Shown: in pieces, positions 18,460 to 28,880 of the stretch | How positions within the stretch are numbered: the first letter of the stretch is position 1 | Layout of the letters: each line of letters opens with the position of its first letter | From: Aquificaceae bacterium | GTDB lineage: Bacteria > Aquificota > Aquificia > Aquificales > Aquificaceae | Assembly: GCA_037925075.1 (NCBI GenBank) | Contig: JAXSNR010000002.1 | Location: forward strand, 320,001-384,000 | Length of the DNA: 64,000 bases | Reading direction: 5' to 3' | Made by a program: the position numbers and the translations under genes | Notes under the pieces: model-generated | Told to the model about the DNA's origin: nothing | Database searches by the model: none | What the model saw: only the letters and a program-made list of their open reading frames with translations

Positions 18460-19675
18460 GCCTTTCTATCCTTACTTTTGTAATTCTTCTCTCATCCTTT
18501 TGAAGCACCTTAAACCTGTAGCCCTCATGTTCTACCACCTGCCCCTTTTCAGGAAGACCTTTTAGCATAAAGGAAAGAAAGCCACTCAAGGTGGTATAAG
18601 GTCCCTCTGGGAGTTTGATGCTTAGTAGCCTTTCCACCTTTTCCTTTTCAATACCACCCTCCGCTATCCATATGTCCCTTTCTATCTCCACCATGTCCTC
18701 ATATTCTTCTGTGTTTTCCTCAGATAGACCGCCTATTAGAAAGCTTTGTATGTCATCCCACGTGATTATACCCAAGAGGTTTCCCCTCTCATCCACCACA
18801 ACACCCATGTGTTCCTTGCTTGTTTTGAAAAATTCAAAGACCTTATCGAGGGTCGTGAATTCTGAAAAGTAATGAACGGGTCTTATGAGCTCTCTTATAA
18901 ACCTTGCGTGTCTGTTTTGCACCAAGTCAAACAGGTCCACGTATCCCACTATCTGGTCAACTCTTCTCCTGTATACGGGAAGCCTCCTATACTGGCTTTC
19001 TTTTACGAGCTCCATAACCTGTTCAAGGCTGGCGTTTTCCTCCACCATGACCACCTCTTTGATGGGCTTTATCTCCTCTGTCACAAACAGGTCTTTGATG
19101 GTTATAATCTGGAGGGCTATACGTATGCTTTCTTCTCTGAGTGCGGTTTCTTCCATAAGCTTTATAAGGTCTTCTTTTTGTAGTCTCTCCTGGTATTTTT
19201 CCTTAAGGGTGTTGGTGATAAACCTACTTACTCCTCTTGCAAGGATGAGAACTGGTTGTGTAAAGGTTTTTAGCTTACTAAGAACCCAAAGGGATGGGAA
19301 AATTACCCTCTCCGCATGCTTCTGAAATAGACTTTTTGGCAAAAGTTCCCCAAAGATTAGAGTAAAAGCTACAAGACTTGCAGAAAATAGCACCTCAAAG
19401 CCCTTTATAAAAGGTATGTAGTCGGCAAGTTCTATAACCGCCAATGTATAAAAAGTGGAAGCAAAGACTATACTGACCGTATAACCGAGCATAGTAAGAG
19501 TTATGTAATCTTCTGGGTTTTGGTAAAAGTCTCTTAAAAACTCTTGCTTTGTCCTTCTGTATAGATTCATAATCCTCCCCTTGTCCACGCTAACAAGTGC
19601 TAGTTCAGAACCAGCAAAAAACGCCTCGAGCAAGACAAAGAAAAATACTCCAAGAAGAAAGCCTAATATCTCCAT
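18452..19675 (-). CDS. Hemolysin/CNNM (DUF21-CBS-CorC) family transporter
   Basis: FFAGSELAL, FGELLPK, YRRLPV, VVDERG, YTTLSG. Confidence 0.85.
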   Translation of the reverse strand: MEILGFLLGVFFFVLLEAFFAGSELALVSVDKGRIMNLYRRTKQEFLRDFYQNPEDYITLTMLGYTVSIVFASTFYTLAVIELADYIPFIKGFEVLFSASLVAFTLIFGELLPKSLFQKHAERVIFPSLWVLSKLKTFTQPVLILARGVSRFITNTLKEKYQERLQKEDLIKLMEETALREESIRIALQIITIKDLFVTEEIKPIKEVVMVEENASLEQVMELVKESQYRRLPVYRRRVDQIVGYVDLFDLVQNRHARFIRELIRPVHYFSEFTTLDKVFEFFKTSKEHMGVVVDERGNLLGIITWDDIQSFLIGGLSEENTEEYEDMVEIERDIWIAEGGIEKEKVERLLSIKLPEGPYTTLSGFLSFMLKGLPEKGQVVEHEGYRFKVLQKDERRITKVRIERHV

Positions 19676-20478
19676 GCAAGCACCACCCTGTCCTGTCCTG
19701 AATAATCCTTTAAGATATCCACGCTAAACCCTCTTTTTTCAAAAATTCTTTTTACAACCTCTCCTTGGTCATGTCCTATCTCAAGGGCTAAAAGCCCCTC
19801 AGGCTTGAGGTAGTCCCCAACAGCGTCAGATATTCTCTCATAAAACTCCCAACCCTTTTCTCCACCTATTAGAGATGTATAGCCTTCAAGTTTTACACCT
19901 TTTGGAAGCCTTTCCCAGTGGCCTTGTGGAATGTAGGGTGGGTTTGAAACAATAAGGTCAAAGGGATAGGGCTTTAAAGCTTTAAAGAGGTCTCCTGCAA
20001 ATAGGAATAGCCTGTCCGAAACTCCGTGCCTTATGGCGTTTTTCCTTGAAAGCTTTAATGCCTTAATGTTTATATCGTTTCCCACCATACGAAGGTTTGG
20101 CTTGTGATAAAGCAAGCTTACACTTATACATCCCGTACCTACACCCAGCTCAAGACCAAACAATGGCTTACTTTCTGACAGTCTTTTTAAAACCTCTTCT
20201 ACGAGCACCTCCGTTTCCGGTCTTGGTATAAGGACTCCCTCCTCTAGAAAAAAGCTAAGACCAAAAAACTCCCATTCTCCCAGTATGTACTGAAGGGGAT
20301 ATCCCTCTTCAAGTAGTTTAAGCTCTTTGAAAAGTCTCTCTTCCACCTCAGCGGGGACCTCAAGGTCCTCCATGAGATATAGCTCCTTATGGCTTTTTTT
20401 CAGAAGGTGTGCCAGGAGGAGGGTTTTGTCCCTGAGGGATGCTTTGCTGGGTTTGAGAAGGAGGTCTCGTAGCTTCAT
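19663..20478 (-). CDS. prmC: Release factor glutamine methyltransferase
   Basis: PLQYILG, VLIPRPETE, ELGVGTG, SNPPY, EIG. Confidence 0.93.
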   Translation of the reverse strand: MKLRDLLLKPSKASLRDKTLLLAHLLKKSHKELYLMEDLEVPAEVEERLFKELKLLEEGYPLQYILGEWEFFGLSFFLEEGVLIPRPETEVLVEEVLKRLSESKPLFGLELGVGTGCISVSLLYHKPNLRMVGNDINIKALKLSRKNAIRHGVSDRLFLFAGDLFKALKPYPFDLIVSNPPYIPQGHWERLPKGVKLEGYTSLIGGEKGWEFYERISDAVGDYLKPEGLLALEIGHDQGEVVKRIFEKRGFSVDILKDYSGQDRVVLAWRY

Positions 20479-20722
20479 CCTTTATAAGTGAGCCTTTTTT
20501 TGAAGGGTGTGTAAGGGCAAGAAGGATGGCTATTGCCATCAGGGAAAATCCAAGCCAGTAGGTGATTTTTGTGAGGATGGTATCTACTCCACCCGGTCCA
20601 AACACGCCCTGTCCCATCCCACCGAAGGCACTTCCCACATCCCCCCTGCTCCTTTGCATAAGAACAACCGCAATGAGCAAGAGGGCAACGATAACAAAAA
20701 GCGTAAGTAAAAGGTAATACAT
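20387..20722 (-). CDS. secG: Preprotein translocase SecG
   Basis: Two TM helices, VLMQ, AFGG, LTKIT; P/Q-rich tail overlaps prmC. Confidence 0.88.
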   Translation of the reverse strand: MYYLLLTLFVIVALLLIAVVLMQRSRGDVGSAFGGMGQGVFGPGGVDTILTKITYWLGFSLMAIAILLALTHPSKKGSLIKDEATRPPSQTQQSIPQGQNPPPGTPSEKKP

Positions 20723-20730
20723 AACTACTA

Positions 20731-21390
20731 TTATACAACCAGCGTACCGGCCTTTAATCGGTATATTCTGTCAAAGTAGGGCTTTAGCTCCTCGTTATGG
20801 GTTGCTACAATAAGGGTAAGTCCTTTCTCTTCCCTTAGCTTTAGGAAAAGGTCAAAGATCCTTTTACCCTCCGCAAGGTCAAGGTTGCCCGTGGGCTCAT
20901 CCGCAAGCAAGATCTTTGGCTCAAGCATTAAAGCTCTTCCTATGGCTACTCTCTGTTGTTCTCCTCCTGAAAGCTGGCCTGGCCTGTGCCTTAGCCTGTG
21001 TTCAAGCCTTAGGTATTCAAGTATCTGCAAAGCCTTTTCTTCTGGTTTTTTTAAGCCTGCTAACTGTCCCACAAGAGTTAGGTTTTCTAAAACATCAAAG
21101 TCCTCAAGTAGATGGTAAAACTGAAAGACAAAGCCCATGTATTTTTGCCTAAAGGATGCAAGCTGATCTTCTTCCATTTGTTCTATGTTGTGTCCCATAA
21201 CGAAAACCTGTCCTTTCGTCGGCTTTTCCAGTCCTGCGGTTATGTGAAGCAAGGTGCTTTTGCCAGAGCCAGAGGGTCCCATAAGACCCACCACCTCACC
21301 CTCAAAGACTTCCAAACTCACACCTTTTAAAGCCTCTGTTCCGTTTTGATAGACTTTCCAGAGGTCTGTTATCTGTATCGTTCTATTCAT
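20731..21390 (-). CDS. lolD: Lipoprotein-releasing ABC ATPase
   Basis: GPSGSGKST, GFVFQFYHLL, LSGGEQQR, ADEPTGNLD. Confidence 0.85.
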   Translation of the reverse strand: MNRTIQITDLWKVYQNGTEALKGVSLEVFEGEVVGLMGPSGSGKSTLLHITAGLEKPTKGQVFVMGHNIEQMEEDQLASFRQKYMGFVFQFYHLLEDFDVLENLTLVGQLAGLKKPEEKALQILEYLRLEHRLRHRPGQLSGGEQQRVAIGRALMLEPKILLADEPTGNLDLAEGKRIFDLFLKLREEKGLTLIVATHNEELKPYFDRIYRLKAGTLVV

Positions 21391-22543
21391 TCCTTAAAAC
21401 CTTAACTATGCTCTCCCTTCCCGCTTTGTAGGCGGGCAGAAGGCTTGCAAAAAGAGAAAGCACAACCGCACCGATCAAAGTGGAGATAACATCCATAATC
21501 TCAAAATAGACTGGCACGTGGTCCATAAGGTACACATCCGCCGGTACCCGGATTAGCCTGTATTCGTTTATAAGATAGCCTCCTACCAAGGAAAGTAAAA
21601 AACCTAAAAAAGCCCCGGAAATACCAAGCATAAAACCCTGAAGAAGAAAGATAAAAGCTACCTGCCTTCTTTTCAGACCAAAGGTCCTCAGAACCGCTAT
21701 ATCCTTTACCTTCTCCCTTACCTTCATAAAAAGAAGGCTCGTTATGTTAAAGGACGCTATCACTATCATAAGCATAAGCACAAAAAATATTCCCACCTTC
21801 TCAAGCTGTAGGGCGTTAAAAAGGGGCTTGTTTAGGTCTATCCACGAACGTACTATTGCCTCTTGCCCAAGCTTCTTTTCTATTTGCTCCTTTACCTGCT
21901 GAGCTTTGTAAGGGTCTTTTAGGTATATTTCATATCCAAAAAGCTGGTAGCTTTCACCAAAAAAATCTACGGCGGTTTCCTTTTCCATAACCACAGTGGC
22001 GTAATCTTGGTCAAAGACTCCCTTTTGGAATATACCTTCCACCTTAAAGGCCCTTGCCCTTGGAAGCATACCAAAAGGAGTGCGTATTCCCATAGGTGAT
22101 AATACCATCACCTCCTCTCCCACTCCTCTCCCAATTATGTCCGCAAGCCCTCTGCCTATAAGTATACCGTCCTTTAAGTTTAGCCCGTACATCTGATAAG
22201 CTTCCTTTGGATCAAGAGCCTTTACGCTTACGCTGGTTAGTTTACTTCCTTCTGATATTAGCCCGTTGTAAAGTACAAGAGTGTATACCCTTTCCACTCC
22301 ATTTATCTTATTCAAGCTAACACGGTAATCTTTATCCTTGTTTAAAAGGCTAACTATTATATGTGGCGATGCGGAGAGTATTTTTTCTCTCAAAGCCTTC
22401 TGAAAGCCCGCAAAAACACCCATGGTAAGCAAGAGAGCACTAACGCTTAGAACAACCCCTAAAAAGGCTATTAGAGAAACAAGAAGAGTAGACCCTTTGC
22501 TGGATAGGAGATATCTTATGGATAGCTTGAAGATAGGTCTCAT
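21383..22543 (-). CDS. Lipoprotein-releasing ABC permease LolC/E
   Basis: MacB/FtsX topology, ASFNI, DIAVLRTFG, VYLMDHVP; adjacent to lolD. Confidence 0.85.
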   Translation of the reverse strand: MRPIFKLSIRYLLSSKGSTLLVSLIAFLGVVLSVSALLLTMGVFAGFQKALREKILSASPHIIVSLLNKDKDYRVSLNKINGVERVYTLVLYNGLISEGSKLTSVSVKALDPKEAYQMYGLNLKDGILIGRGLADIIGRGVGEEVMVLSPMGIRTPFGMLPRARAFKVEGIFQKGVFDQDYATVVMEKETAVDFFGESYQLFGYEIYLKDPYKAQQVKEQIEKKLGQEAIVRSWIDLNKPLFNALQLEKVGIFFVLMLMIVIASFNITSLLFMKVREKVKDIAVLRTFGLKRRQVAFIFLLQGFMLGISGAFLGFLLSLVGGYLINEYRLIRVPADVYLMDHVPVYFEIMDVISTLIGAVVLSLFASLLPAYKAGRESIVKVLRNE

Positions 22544-23232
22544 ATTAACCTAAGCTGTTCCAGTATTTCCCTTTGCCTTCGCATTACATATTTTCTTATC
22601 TTCCTAGTTTCTTCCTCCTTAGGGTTTATCTTAAAACCAAGCCTCACATATAGGTCTTCCTTCTTGCTTATTATGTTTTTTAACTCTCCTTGTGCCCTTA
22701 CAACTCCTTCTCTGGGAAGCTCTATTTCAATTTCAAAAGGGGTATGTATTTTGGACGCATCCGTGGCTATCTGTGATAGAATATCCATGAGTTTTGTTGT
22801 ATCCTCTTTGCGAAGTAAAATGCCAACTCCAGATTCGCTTACGTCTGCAGCTTTTGCTCTTACTATGCAGTTATCTTCCACGCAAAAAGAGACATAAACA
22901 GGCTCCTTTTCTGTGGGTTCAACTCTTATGAACTCCCTCAGCACTACGGGCGGAGCTGGTACTGGCTGATCAACTTCAAGAACCAGCTCATCTCTTACAC
23001 TGCTAAAAACTTTGCACATAAGGAACAACTCTTTTACCTTTATGTAAACAGGAACCGTGTCTGAAAAGACCCGCCTAAATTTACAGTCTCTGGAATCAAA
23101 GCTTACAAACCTTTCCTGAGGTGAGACCCATCTTACCGAAAGTTTTACCCTTATGGGTATTTGCCTCCACGATGTAATCACTTCACAAGACCTTTCCTTA
23201 TCCAGCTCTTTAAGTATGTCCGTTAATGTCAC
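22540..23232 (-). CDS. PilZ-domain c-di-GMP-binding protein
   Basis: RxxxR (REFIR) and DxSxxG (DVSESG). Confidence 0.75.
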   Translation of the reverse strand: MTLTDILKELDKERSCEVITSWRQIPIRVKLSVRWVSPQERFVSFDSRDCKFRRVFSDTVPVYIKVKELFLMCKVFSSVRDELVLEVDQPVPAPPVVLREFIRVEPTEKEPVYVSFCVEDNCIVRAKAADVSESGVGILLRKEDTTKLMDILSQIATDASKIHTPFEIEIELPREGVVRAQGELKNIISKKEDLYVRLGFKINPKEEETRKIRKYVMRRQREILEQLRLI

Positions 23233-24179
23233 AGTTTTATTATACCTTCCTCGGTTATTATTGCGGTTATGTTCTCTGGTGGAGTTATGTCAAAGGCTAG
23301 GTGAAGGGCGGGAGAGCCTTCGGGAGCGATAGGAATACCTTTTATAAACTTTACTTCCCTTTCGTCCCTTTCTTCTATAACTATACTTTCTACTGTGGTA
23401 TAACCCTGGTCAAAGGTGGATTTGGGTGCCACCACATAAAAGGGTATTCCGTGAGCCTTTGCAAGCACCGAGAGGGTGTATGTTCCTATTTTGTTTGCCA
23501 CATGGTAATCCCTTGTTATCCTGTCTGCACCCACTAGGACGCAGTCCACCAAGCCCCTTTTCATAAGGAAGCCGGCGGTGGAGTCGGTGATTATCTCGTG
23601 GGGGATGTTTTCCTTTAAAAGCTCCCAGGCGGTAAGCCTTGAGCCCTGAAGGTAAGGCCTTGTTTCATCAACCCATACGAATATGTTTTTACCCGCGTAG
23701 TGGGATGATCTGATAACTCCAAGGGCTGTACCCCAGCCAGCGGTTGCCAAAGCTCCAGTGTTGCAATGGGTCAGTATCCTTGCTCCCTTAGGAATCAGTT
23801 CCTGCCCTATGTCTCCCATTCTTCTGTTTGCCCTGTAGTCTTCCTCTTCTATAGCCCTTGCCTCCGCTTCTATGTCTTTGCCCTCTTCAAGTGCTTTTTT
23901 CATCCTGTCAAGAGCCCAGAAAAGATTGTATGCGGTGGGTCTTGTGTTTTTAAGAGTTTCATAGACCTTTGTGGGGTCTTCTCCAGATTTTACCCCAAGC
24001 ACAAAACCATAGGCAGCAACACATCCGATTGCAGGTGCTCCCCTTACAGCCATGTCCTTTATGGCTTGAGCGACTTCTCTGTAGCCTTTGAGGTTCAGCC
24101 ATACTTCCCTGTCGGGAAGCTCTCTCTGGTCCAGCAGTTCTAGAACATCACCCTTCCAGTAAAAGGCTTTAATTTCCAT
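23229..24179 (-). CDS. mtnA: Methylthioribose-1-phosphate isomerase
   Basis: LLDQRELP, VRGAPAIG, RPTA, THCNTG, ETRPYLQG, NKIGTY; start ATG 24179. Confidence 0.93.
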   Translation of the reverse strand: MEIKAFYWKGDVLELLDQRELPDREVWLNLKGYREVAQAIKDMAVRGAPAIGCVAAYGFVLGVKSGEDPTKVYETLKNTRPTAYNLFWALDRMKKALEEGKDIEAEARAIEEEDYRANRRMGDIGQELIPKGARILTHCNTGALATAGWGTALGVIRSSHYAGKNIFVWVDETRPYLQGSRLTAWELLKENIPHEIITDSTAGFLMKRGLVDCVLVGADRITRDYHVANKIGTYTLSVLAKAHGIPFYVVAPKSTFDQGYTTVESIVIEERDEREVKFIKGIPIAPEGSPALHLAFDITPPENITAIITEEGIIKL

Positions 24180-24186
24180 ATTAAAC

Positions 24187-24214
24187 TTGAAAAATCCAAT
24201 ATAGGGGTTATAAT
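24187..24214 (+). promoter_or_regulatory. Sigma70-type promoter
   Basis: TTGAAA(24187)-16 nt-TATAAT(24209), then SD GGGGAGG before ATG 24235. Confidence 0.55.
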
Positions 24215-24234
24215 TATACCACGAGGGGAGGAAA

Positions 24235-25587
24235 ATGGAAGCTAATACCATAAAGAGCTTAGTTCAGGAAGTTGGGATCAATCAAGGTTTCAATTCCAAA
24301 TATACGAACATATCCTTTGAAGAGGTCCTTCTTCAGGCTTTTGAAGAAATGGGTTCAAAGGAACAAGCACCTTCAGGGGAATTGAACAAGAATGAGCCAC
24401 TGGAAGGTCAATACATTTATACATTTCCATTGGTTGCTACGCCAATTTATCAGGCGGGTGTTAAGGGAAGTCAGATAATTTCAGAGGCTGACCTACTAAC
24501 AGGGGATATTCCCAATTCAAAGGCTTTTGAGGAAACTTTTCAAGACATCAAAAATGGTCCCTCTTTAATAATACCCTTAGAGAGTTTAGAAAGGACAAAC
24601 ATACAAATTTATGGTTTTTATCATTATGAGAAACCTATTGTTGAATACGAAAAACCTGTAAGTGAAACGTCAGTAAAACTTCAGGAGGGCACCACGAAGG
24701 CATATTAAAAGGGTACACGTCAAGAGTTATATAGCTATAATAAGGCGTTGGACGATAAAGAAGGTGTGGAGCATAACATTAATGCTATTTCAAAATCCCA
24801 TGAGCAGATTGTAAAAGTGTCTTATGAAAGGCCCGTTTCGGAAAAAGAACCGTTTTCCCCTGTAGCTACACGGTCCGAAGAAATGGCATATAGAAGTTTT
24901 TATCCAAGAACTTTCGACGTACCCAAGATGTTTAATGGAGAGATAAAGCAAAGCGAAAATGCAAGGCCTGAGCATGATAAGTTTATAGGTAGTAAATCCC
25001 TAAGTTTTATGAACATTGAAGAATTTAAAGTAAGCCCAGATTGTCTAGATGTGGAAGAGCCTTTTAAAACCTCTGAGGATGGTCCTTTTTCTCAGGTTTA
25101 TAAGTCAGTTAATCGTGATATAAAAGATTGGGGAGGCCTCCCTTGGAAAGGGTACGATGAAGAAGAAAAAGAGGTAAAATTGCTGGTGGAGGAACCTATA
25201 AACACCATGAGATTTAAGGAGGATGGTCCCCAGAAGGTGGAAAAGGTTGAAAAGCCTCAAACCCAGCCTCTTTATGAAATCAAGCGCATAAACATGTTTC
25301 TCGAAGAGGGTAGTGTAAGGTTGATGCTTTCTGGCGACAGGCTTAGGCTCTCTATAAATCTGAAAGAAGACTTATATATGCAACCAACTGCTTTTGAAAT
25401 TCAGAAGCTTGTTCAGTCTCTTCATAACCTTGGGCTAAACCTTGAGGTGCTAAAACTTAACGGAAGCAGTCTTTACAGCTCAGACCAAAGGCATGGACAA
25501 AAGAAGGAAGACAGAGAAAGAGCTCACCAGCTTTCTCTACCTGAATTTAAGGAAGAAAATCCAAAGAGCTTTAGTCTTTACCTTTGA
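24235..25587 (+). pseudogene. FliK-like (hook-length control) or low-complexity protein interrupted by one in-frame TAA
   Basis: ORFs 24235-24708 and 24748-25587 share a frame and the only stop between them is TAA 24706-24708. The C-terminal region VRLMLSGDRLRLSI...LVQSLHNLGLNLE resembles FliK-C. Confidence 0.5.
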
Positions 25588-25664
25588 ACCTTAAAGAGTT
25601 TAGGTTTGAAAAATTACGAAAACTCCTATATTATACCTATAAAAAACAATAGGGGAGGTAAAGT

Positions 25665-26263
25665 ATGAAAAACTTAGGTCTTGCTTTGTTGTCCATAGCT
25701 TTTGTAGGCGTTTTGTCCTGCGGCGGGGGTGGTGGTTCTGGCAGTTCTCAACCTTCAGCAGGTGATGGTTCTGGTGGCTCTCAGCAAGCCCCTTTTACTC
25801 TATCTAGCAGTGCCTTTTCAGACGGTGGGAGGATTCCACAAAAGCATACATGCGATGGTGAAGATGTAAACCCACCCCTTACGTGGAGCAACCCACCGCA
25901 AGGAACCAAATCCTTTGTGATAGTTGTGGATGACCCAGACGCACAGCAAGTAGCAGGAATAGTATGGACCCACTGGGTCATATACGACATACCCGCAACA
26001 AGGACATCAATTGAAGAAGCTTTTCCAAAGCAGGCAGATGTTAATGGTATAAAGAGGGTCCTACGGACTTTGGTTCTGATAAGATAGGCTATTATGGACC
26101 ATGCCCGCCTCCGGGTAGGACACACACCTACAGGTTCACTATCTATGCGGTAAACAAGGACACCCTTGGTTTACCTCCTGGTGCTAATCTTATTCAGGTG
26201 AGGAATGCAATGCAGGGTAGTGTGCTCGGTGAGGTTACCATAAGGGGCACATACGGGCGTTAA
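25665..26263 (+). pseudogene. YbhB/YbcL (PEBP) lipoprotein, frameshifted
   Basis: Lipobox VLSC, TCDGED, DDPDA, WTHWV. The -1 frame from about 26054 gives GPTDFG...YYGPCPPPG..HTYRFTIYA to TAA 26261-26263. Confidence 0.85.
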
Positions 26264-26323
26264 AAAGCTTCATTTAATTTGCAAAGCATCCTCTTGCGGG
26301 GGCTTTTGTGTTTTAAGTGGTTT

Positions 26324-27817
26324 TCATACTTTAAATATCCTTAACTTGCTTAGTATTTCAAGAAGCACCTTGGCAAAGTACACATTGGAGATAAAAGAAG
26401 CTATGGTGCCTATGGTGAGGGTGGTGGCAAAACCCTTCACCGGTCCACTTCCGAACTGGAAAAGTATGAGAGCGGCCACAAGGAGGGTTATATGAGTGTC
26501 CCACACGGCACTGAGGGTTCTCCTGTATCCCAATTCAATGGCTTTTCTCACACTGTTTCCAAGCCTTAGCTCTTCCTTTACCCTCTCAAAGATTAGCACG
26601 TTTGAGTCCACCGCTATGCCCATGTTTAGTATTATGCCAGCAATACCTGGGAGTGTAAGGGTTCCGCCGAGAAGCACAAGGCCTGCCCATAGCATGAGGG
26701 CATTCAAAATTATGGAAAAGGTGGCGGTGATGCCCGCGGTTTTGTATCTGGCTATGAGAACCACCACAAGAAGCAAAAAGCCCGCTATACCCGCTTTTAT
26801 TCCTTGCTCTATGGCATCCCTTCCCAAAGATGGACCCACTACGCTTTCCTGTAGGAACTGAACCTTCGTGGGAAGGGCACCAGCCCTCAGTACTATTGAG
26901 AGCTCCTTTACCTCTTCAGAGGTAAAGTTTCCACTTATCTGTCCTCTGTCGCTTATCCTACTTCTTATAACAGGTGCGGAGATTACCCTTTTGTCAAGTA
27001 CTATGGCAAGCCTTCTGCCTATGTTCTGCTCTGTGGCCTTTGCAAAAACCTCCGCACCCTTTGTGGTAAGTTCAAAGCCCACCGCCGGCATACCAAACTC
27101 ATCGGTGGTAGTGTAGGCGGTCTTAAGGTCCGCTCCAGTCACCACAGGAAGCTTTTCCACAAGAAACCACTCATTACCCATCTGGTCTGGTAGAAGCTCG
27201 TAGTCCCTTGTAAGCTTTTCCGAAAGGGCGTCCCTTTGTCCAGCATCCACAACCAACTTTAGCTCCAAGAGTGCGGTCTTCCCCACTATGGACTTTGCTC
27301 TTTGAATGTCCAAAACGCCAGGAAGCTCCACCAGTATCCTATCTGTGCCTATGCGTGTTATAACAGGTTGGACTACTCCAAGCTCGTCAATCCTTTTGCG
27401 AAGCACCTCTATGGTCTGTGTGAGCACACCACTTTTGAGACCCTCTAACTCTGTATCTTTAAACCTTATCAGTACTTCGCCCTTCTGCCTTCCTGCGACC
27501 GCAAACCTTGGAAACTCCTTTTCAAGTAGAGAAAGAAGCCTCGTATACTGTCCTTCCTCAACAAGCTCAACTTTTATACCCTCTTTACCTGCGACCACAT
27601 CAAGAACCTTTATTCCCTCTTCCCTGAGCTTTTTTTCTATATCCCTTGAGAGCCTTTCGTACTCCTGCTCAAGGCTGTAATCCATATCGGGCTGTATAAC
27701 CATGGATATACCGCCTCTTAGGTCAAGGCCAAGGTTTATTGGCTTTAGGACCACCACAGCCACAGAAAGAGACAGGACAAGTAACAGGAGCAAGAGGTTA
27801 ACTTTCAGGTCTTTCAT
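26324..27817 (-). CDS. secD: Protein translocase subunit SecD
   Basis: NLGLDLRGG, RIDELGV, LRAGALP, VGPSLG, AVDSNVLIFER. Confidence 0.95.
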   Translation of the reverse strand: MKDLKVNLLLLLLVLSLSVAVVVLKPINLGLDLRGGISMVIQPDMDYSLEQEYERLSRDIEKKLREEGIKVLDVVAGKEGIKVELVEEGQYTRLLSLLEKEFPRFAVAGRQKGEVLIRFKDTELEGLKSGVLTQTIEVLRKRIDELGVVQPVITRIGTDRILVELPGVLDIQRAKSIVGKTALLELKLVVDAGQRDALSEKLTRDYELLPDQMGNEWFLVEKLPVVTGADLKTAYTTTDEFGMPAVGFELTTKGAEVFAKATEQNIGRRLAIVLDKRVISAPVIRSRISDRGQISGNFTSEEVKELSIVLRAGALPTKVQFLQESVVGPSLGRDAIEQGIKAGIAGFLLLVVVLIARYKTAGITATFSIILNALMLWAGLVLLGGTLTLPGIAGIILNMGIAVDSNVLIFERVKEELRLGNSVRKAIELGYRRTLSAVWDTHITLLVAALILFQFGSGPVKGFATTLTIGTIASFISNVYFAKVLLEILSKLRIFKV

Positions 27818-27833
27818 GTCTGATAAGAATATT

Positions 27834-28880
27834 TTACAGTACTTTTTCTAAAAAAGCCTTCAGATGAGAGAGATAGCATTCAAGGACCTTCTCACCGTAC
27901 GCCTTTAGCTCCCCTTCCCCCCCGCTTTTTTCTTTGTTTAAAAGGTCAAGTGCCTTCTCATAAAGCTCCTCTTCTTCTCTTACGCAAAAGCCAAGCCCTA
28001 TACCTTCTAAAAAATCTCTCAACTCACTCACCTTATGGGTGTATGGTCCGTAAAGGACTGGCTTTCCAAAGTAGGCAGGCTCAAGTAGATTATGTCCGCC
28101 CACAGGAATGAGTGTCCCGCCCACAAAGGCAAGGCTTGCGTATTTGTACATGGAAAAAAGCTCCCCAAGGGTGTCGAGCACCAGCACATCCCAATTCTCC
28201 TCTTCTTTACTCCTTAGACTTACCTTAAAGCCTTCAAAGAGGCCAACCACTTCCTTAGACCTACTTACATGTCTTGGTGCTATCAACAGCCTTAGGTCTG
28301 AAAAATCCTTCCGAAGTCTTTCATAGACTTTTTTTATGATAATCTCCTCTCCCGGATGGGTGCTACCTGCAACAAAAAGCTTTTGGCTTTTTAGTTTTAG
28401 CTCCGCGGGCGGTGGCTCCTCAAGGACAAACTTAAGATTGCCACAGGCAAACACCTTAGAGAGTCCATAGGACCTAAACCTGTCCGCGTCCTTTTCATCC
28501 CTTGCGATGATGAGGGAAAAACTTTTAGAAAAAAGCCTTTCAAACATGCCTCCCTTTGCGTAGGCGTTGAGCCAAACTTTTGGAGCTTTGGTTGAAAGCA
28601 AAAGAAAGGGCCACAGCTCCCTTTCCATTATTAGAATTGCATCAGGCTGGACCTTCTTCTCAAACCTTCTTACAAAAAGTGGCAGGTCTGGGGGTAGCCT
28701 GTGTAGGTCATAAAAGTATCCCTTGTCTCTTTGAGCTTCAAGGTACCTCTTTGCCCTGAAGGAGAAGTAGGTAAGGGTTATATGGTAGTTCCTATAAAGC
28801 CTCTTAAGAAGAGGTTTTGCGGTGTTGAACTCTCCTACGCTTGCAGTATGAAACCATAACCTACCTTTCCCTTTCTCCAC
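27834..28880 (-). CDS. kdtA: Kdo transferase
   Basis: [37 protein letters not shown]. Confidence 0.92.
   Translation of the reverse strand: MEKGKGRLWFHTASVGEFNTAKPLLKRLYRNYHITLTYFSFRAKRYLEAQRDKGYFYDLHRLPPDLPLFVRRFEKKVQPDAILIMERELWPFLLLSTKAPKVWLNAYAKGGMFERLFSKSFSLIIARDEKDADRFRSYGLSKVFACGNLKFVLEEPPPAELKLKSQKLFVAGSTHPGEEIIIKKVYERLRKDFSDLRLLIAPRHVSRSKEVVGLFEGFKVSLRSKEEENWDVLVLDTLGELFSMYKYASLAFVGGTLIPVGGHNLLEPAYFGKPVLYGPYTHKVSELRDFLEGIGLGFCVREEEELYEKALDLLNKEKSGGEGELKAYGEKVLECYLSHLKAFLEKVL

Noticed and set aside
24706..24708. Selenocysteine or pyrrolysine recoding
   Set aside because: The stop is TAA, not TGA or TAG, and no recoding hairpin is evident.
26283..26306. Terminator between the ybhB-like gene and secD
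   Set aside because: Only an imperfect stem that relies on a bulge and G-U pairs; not supportable.
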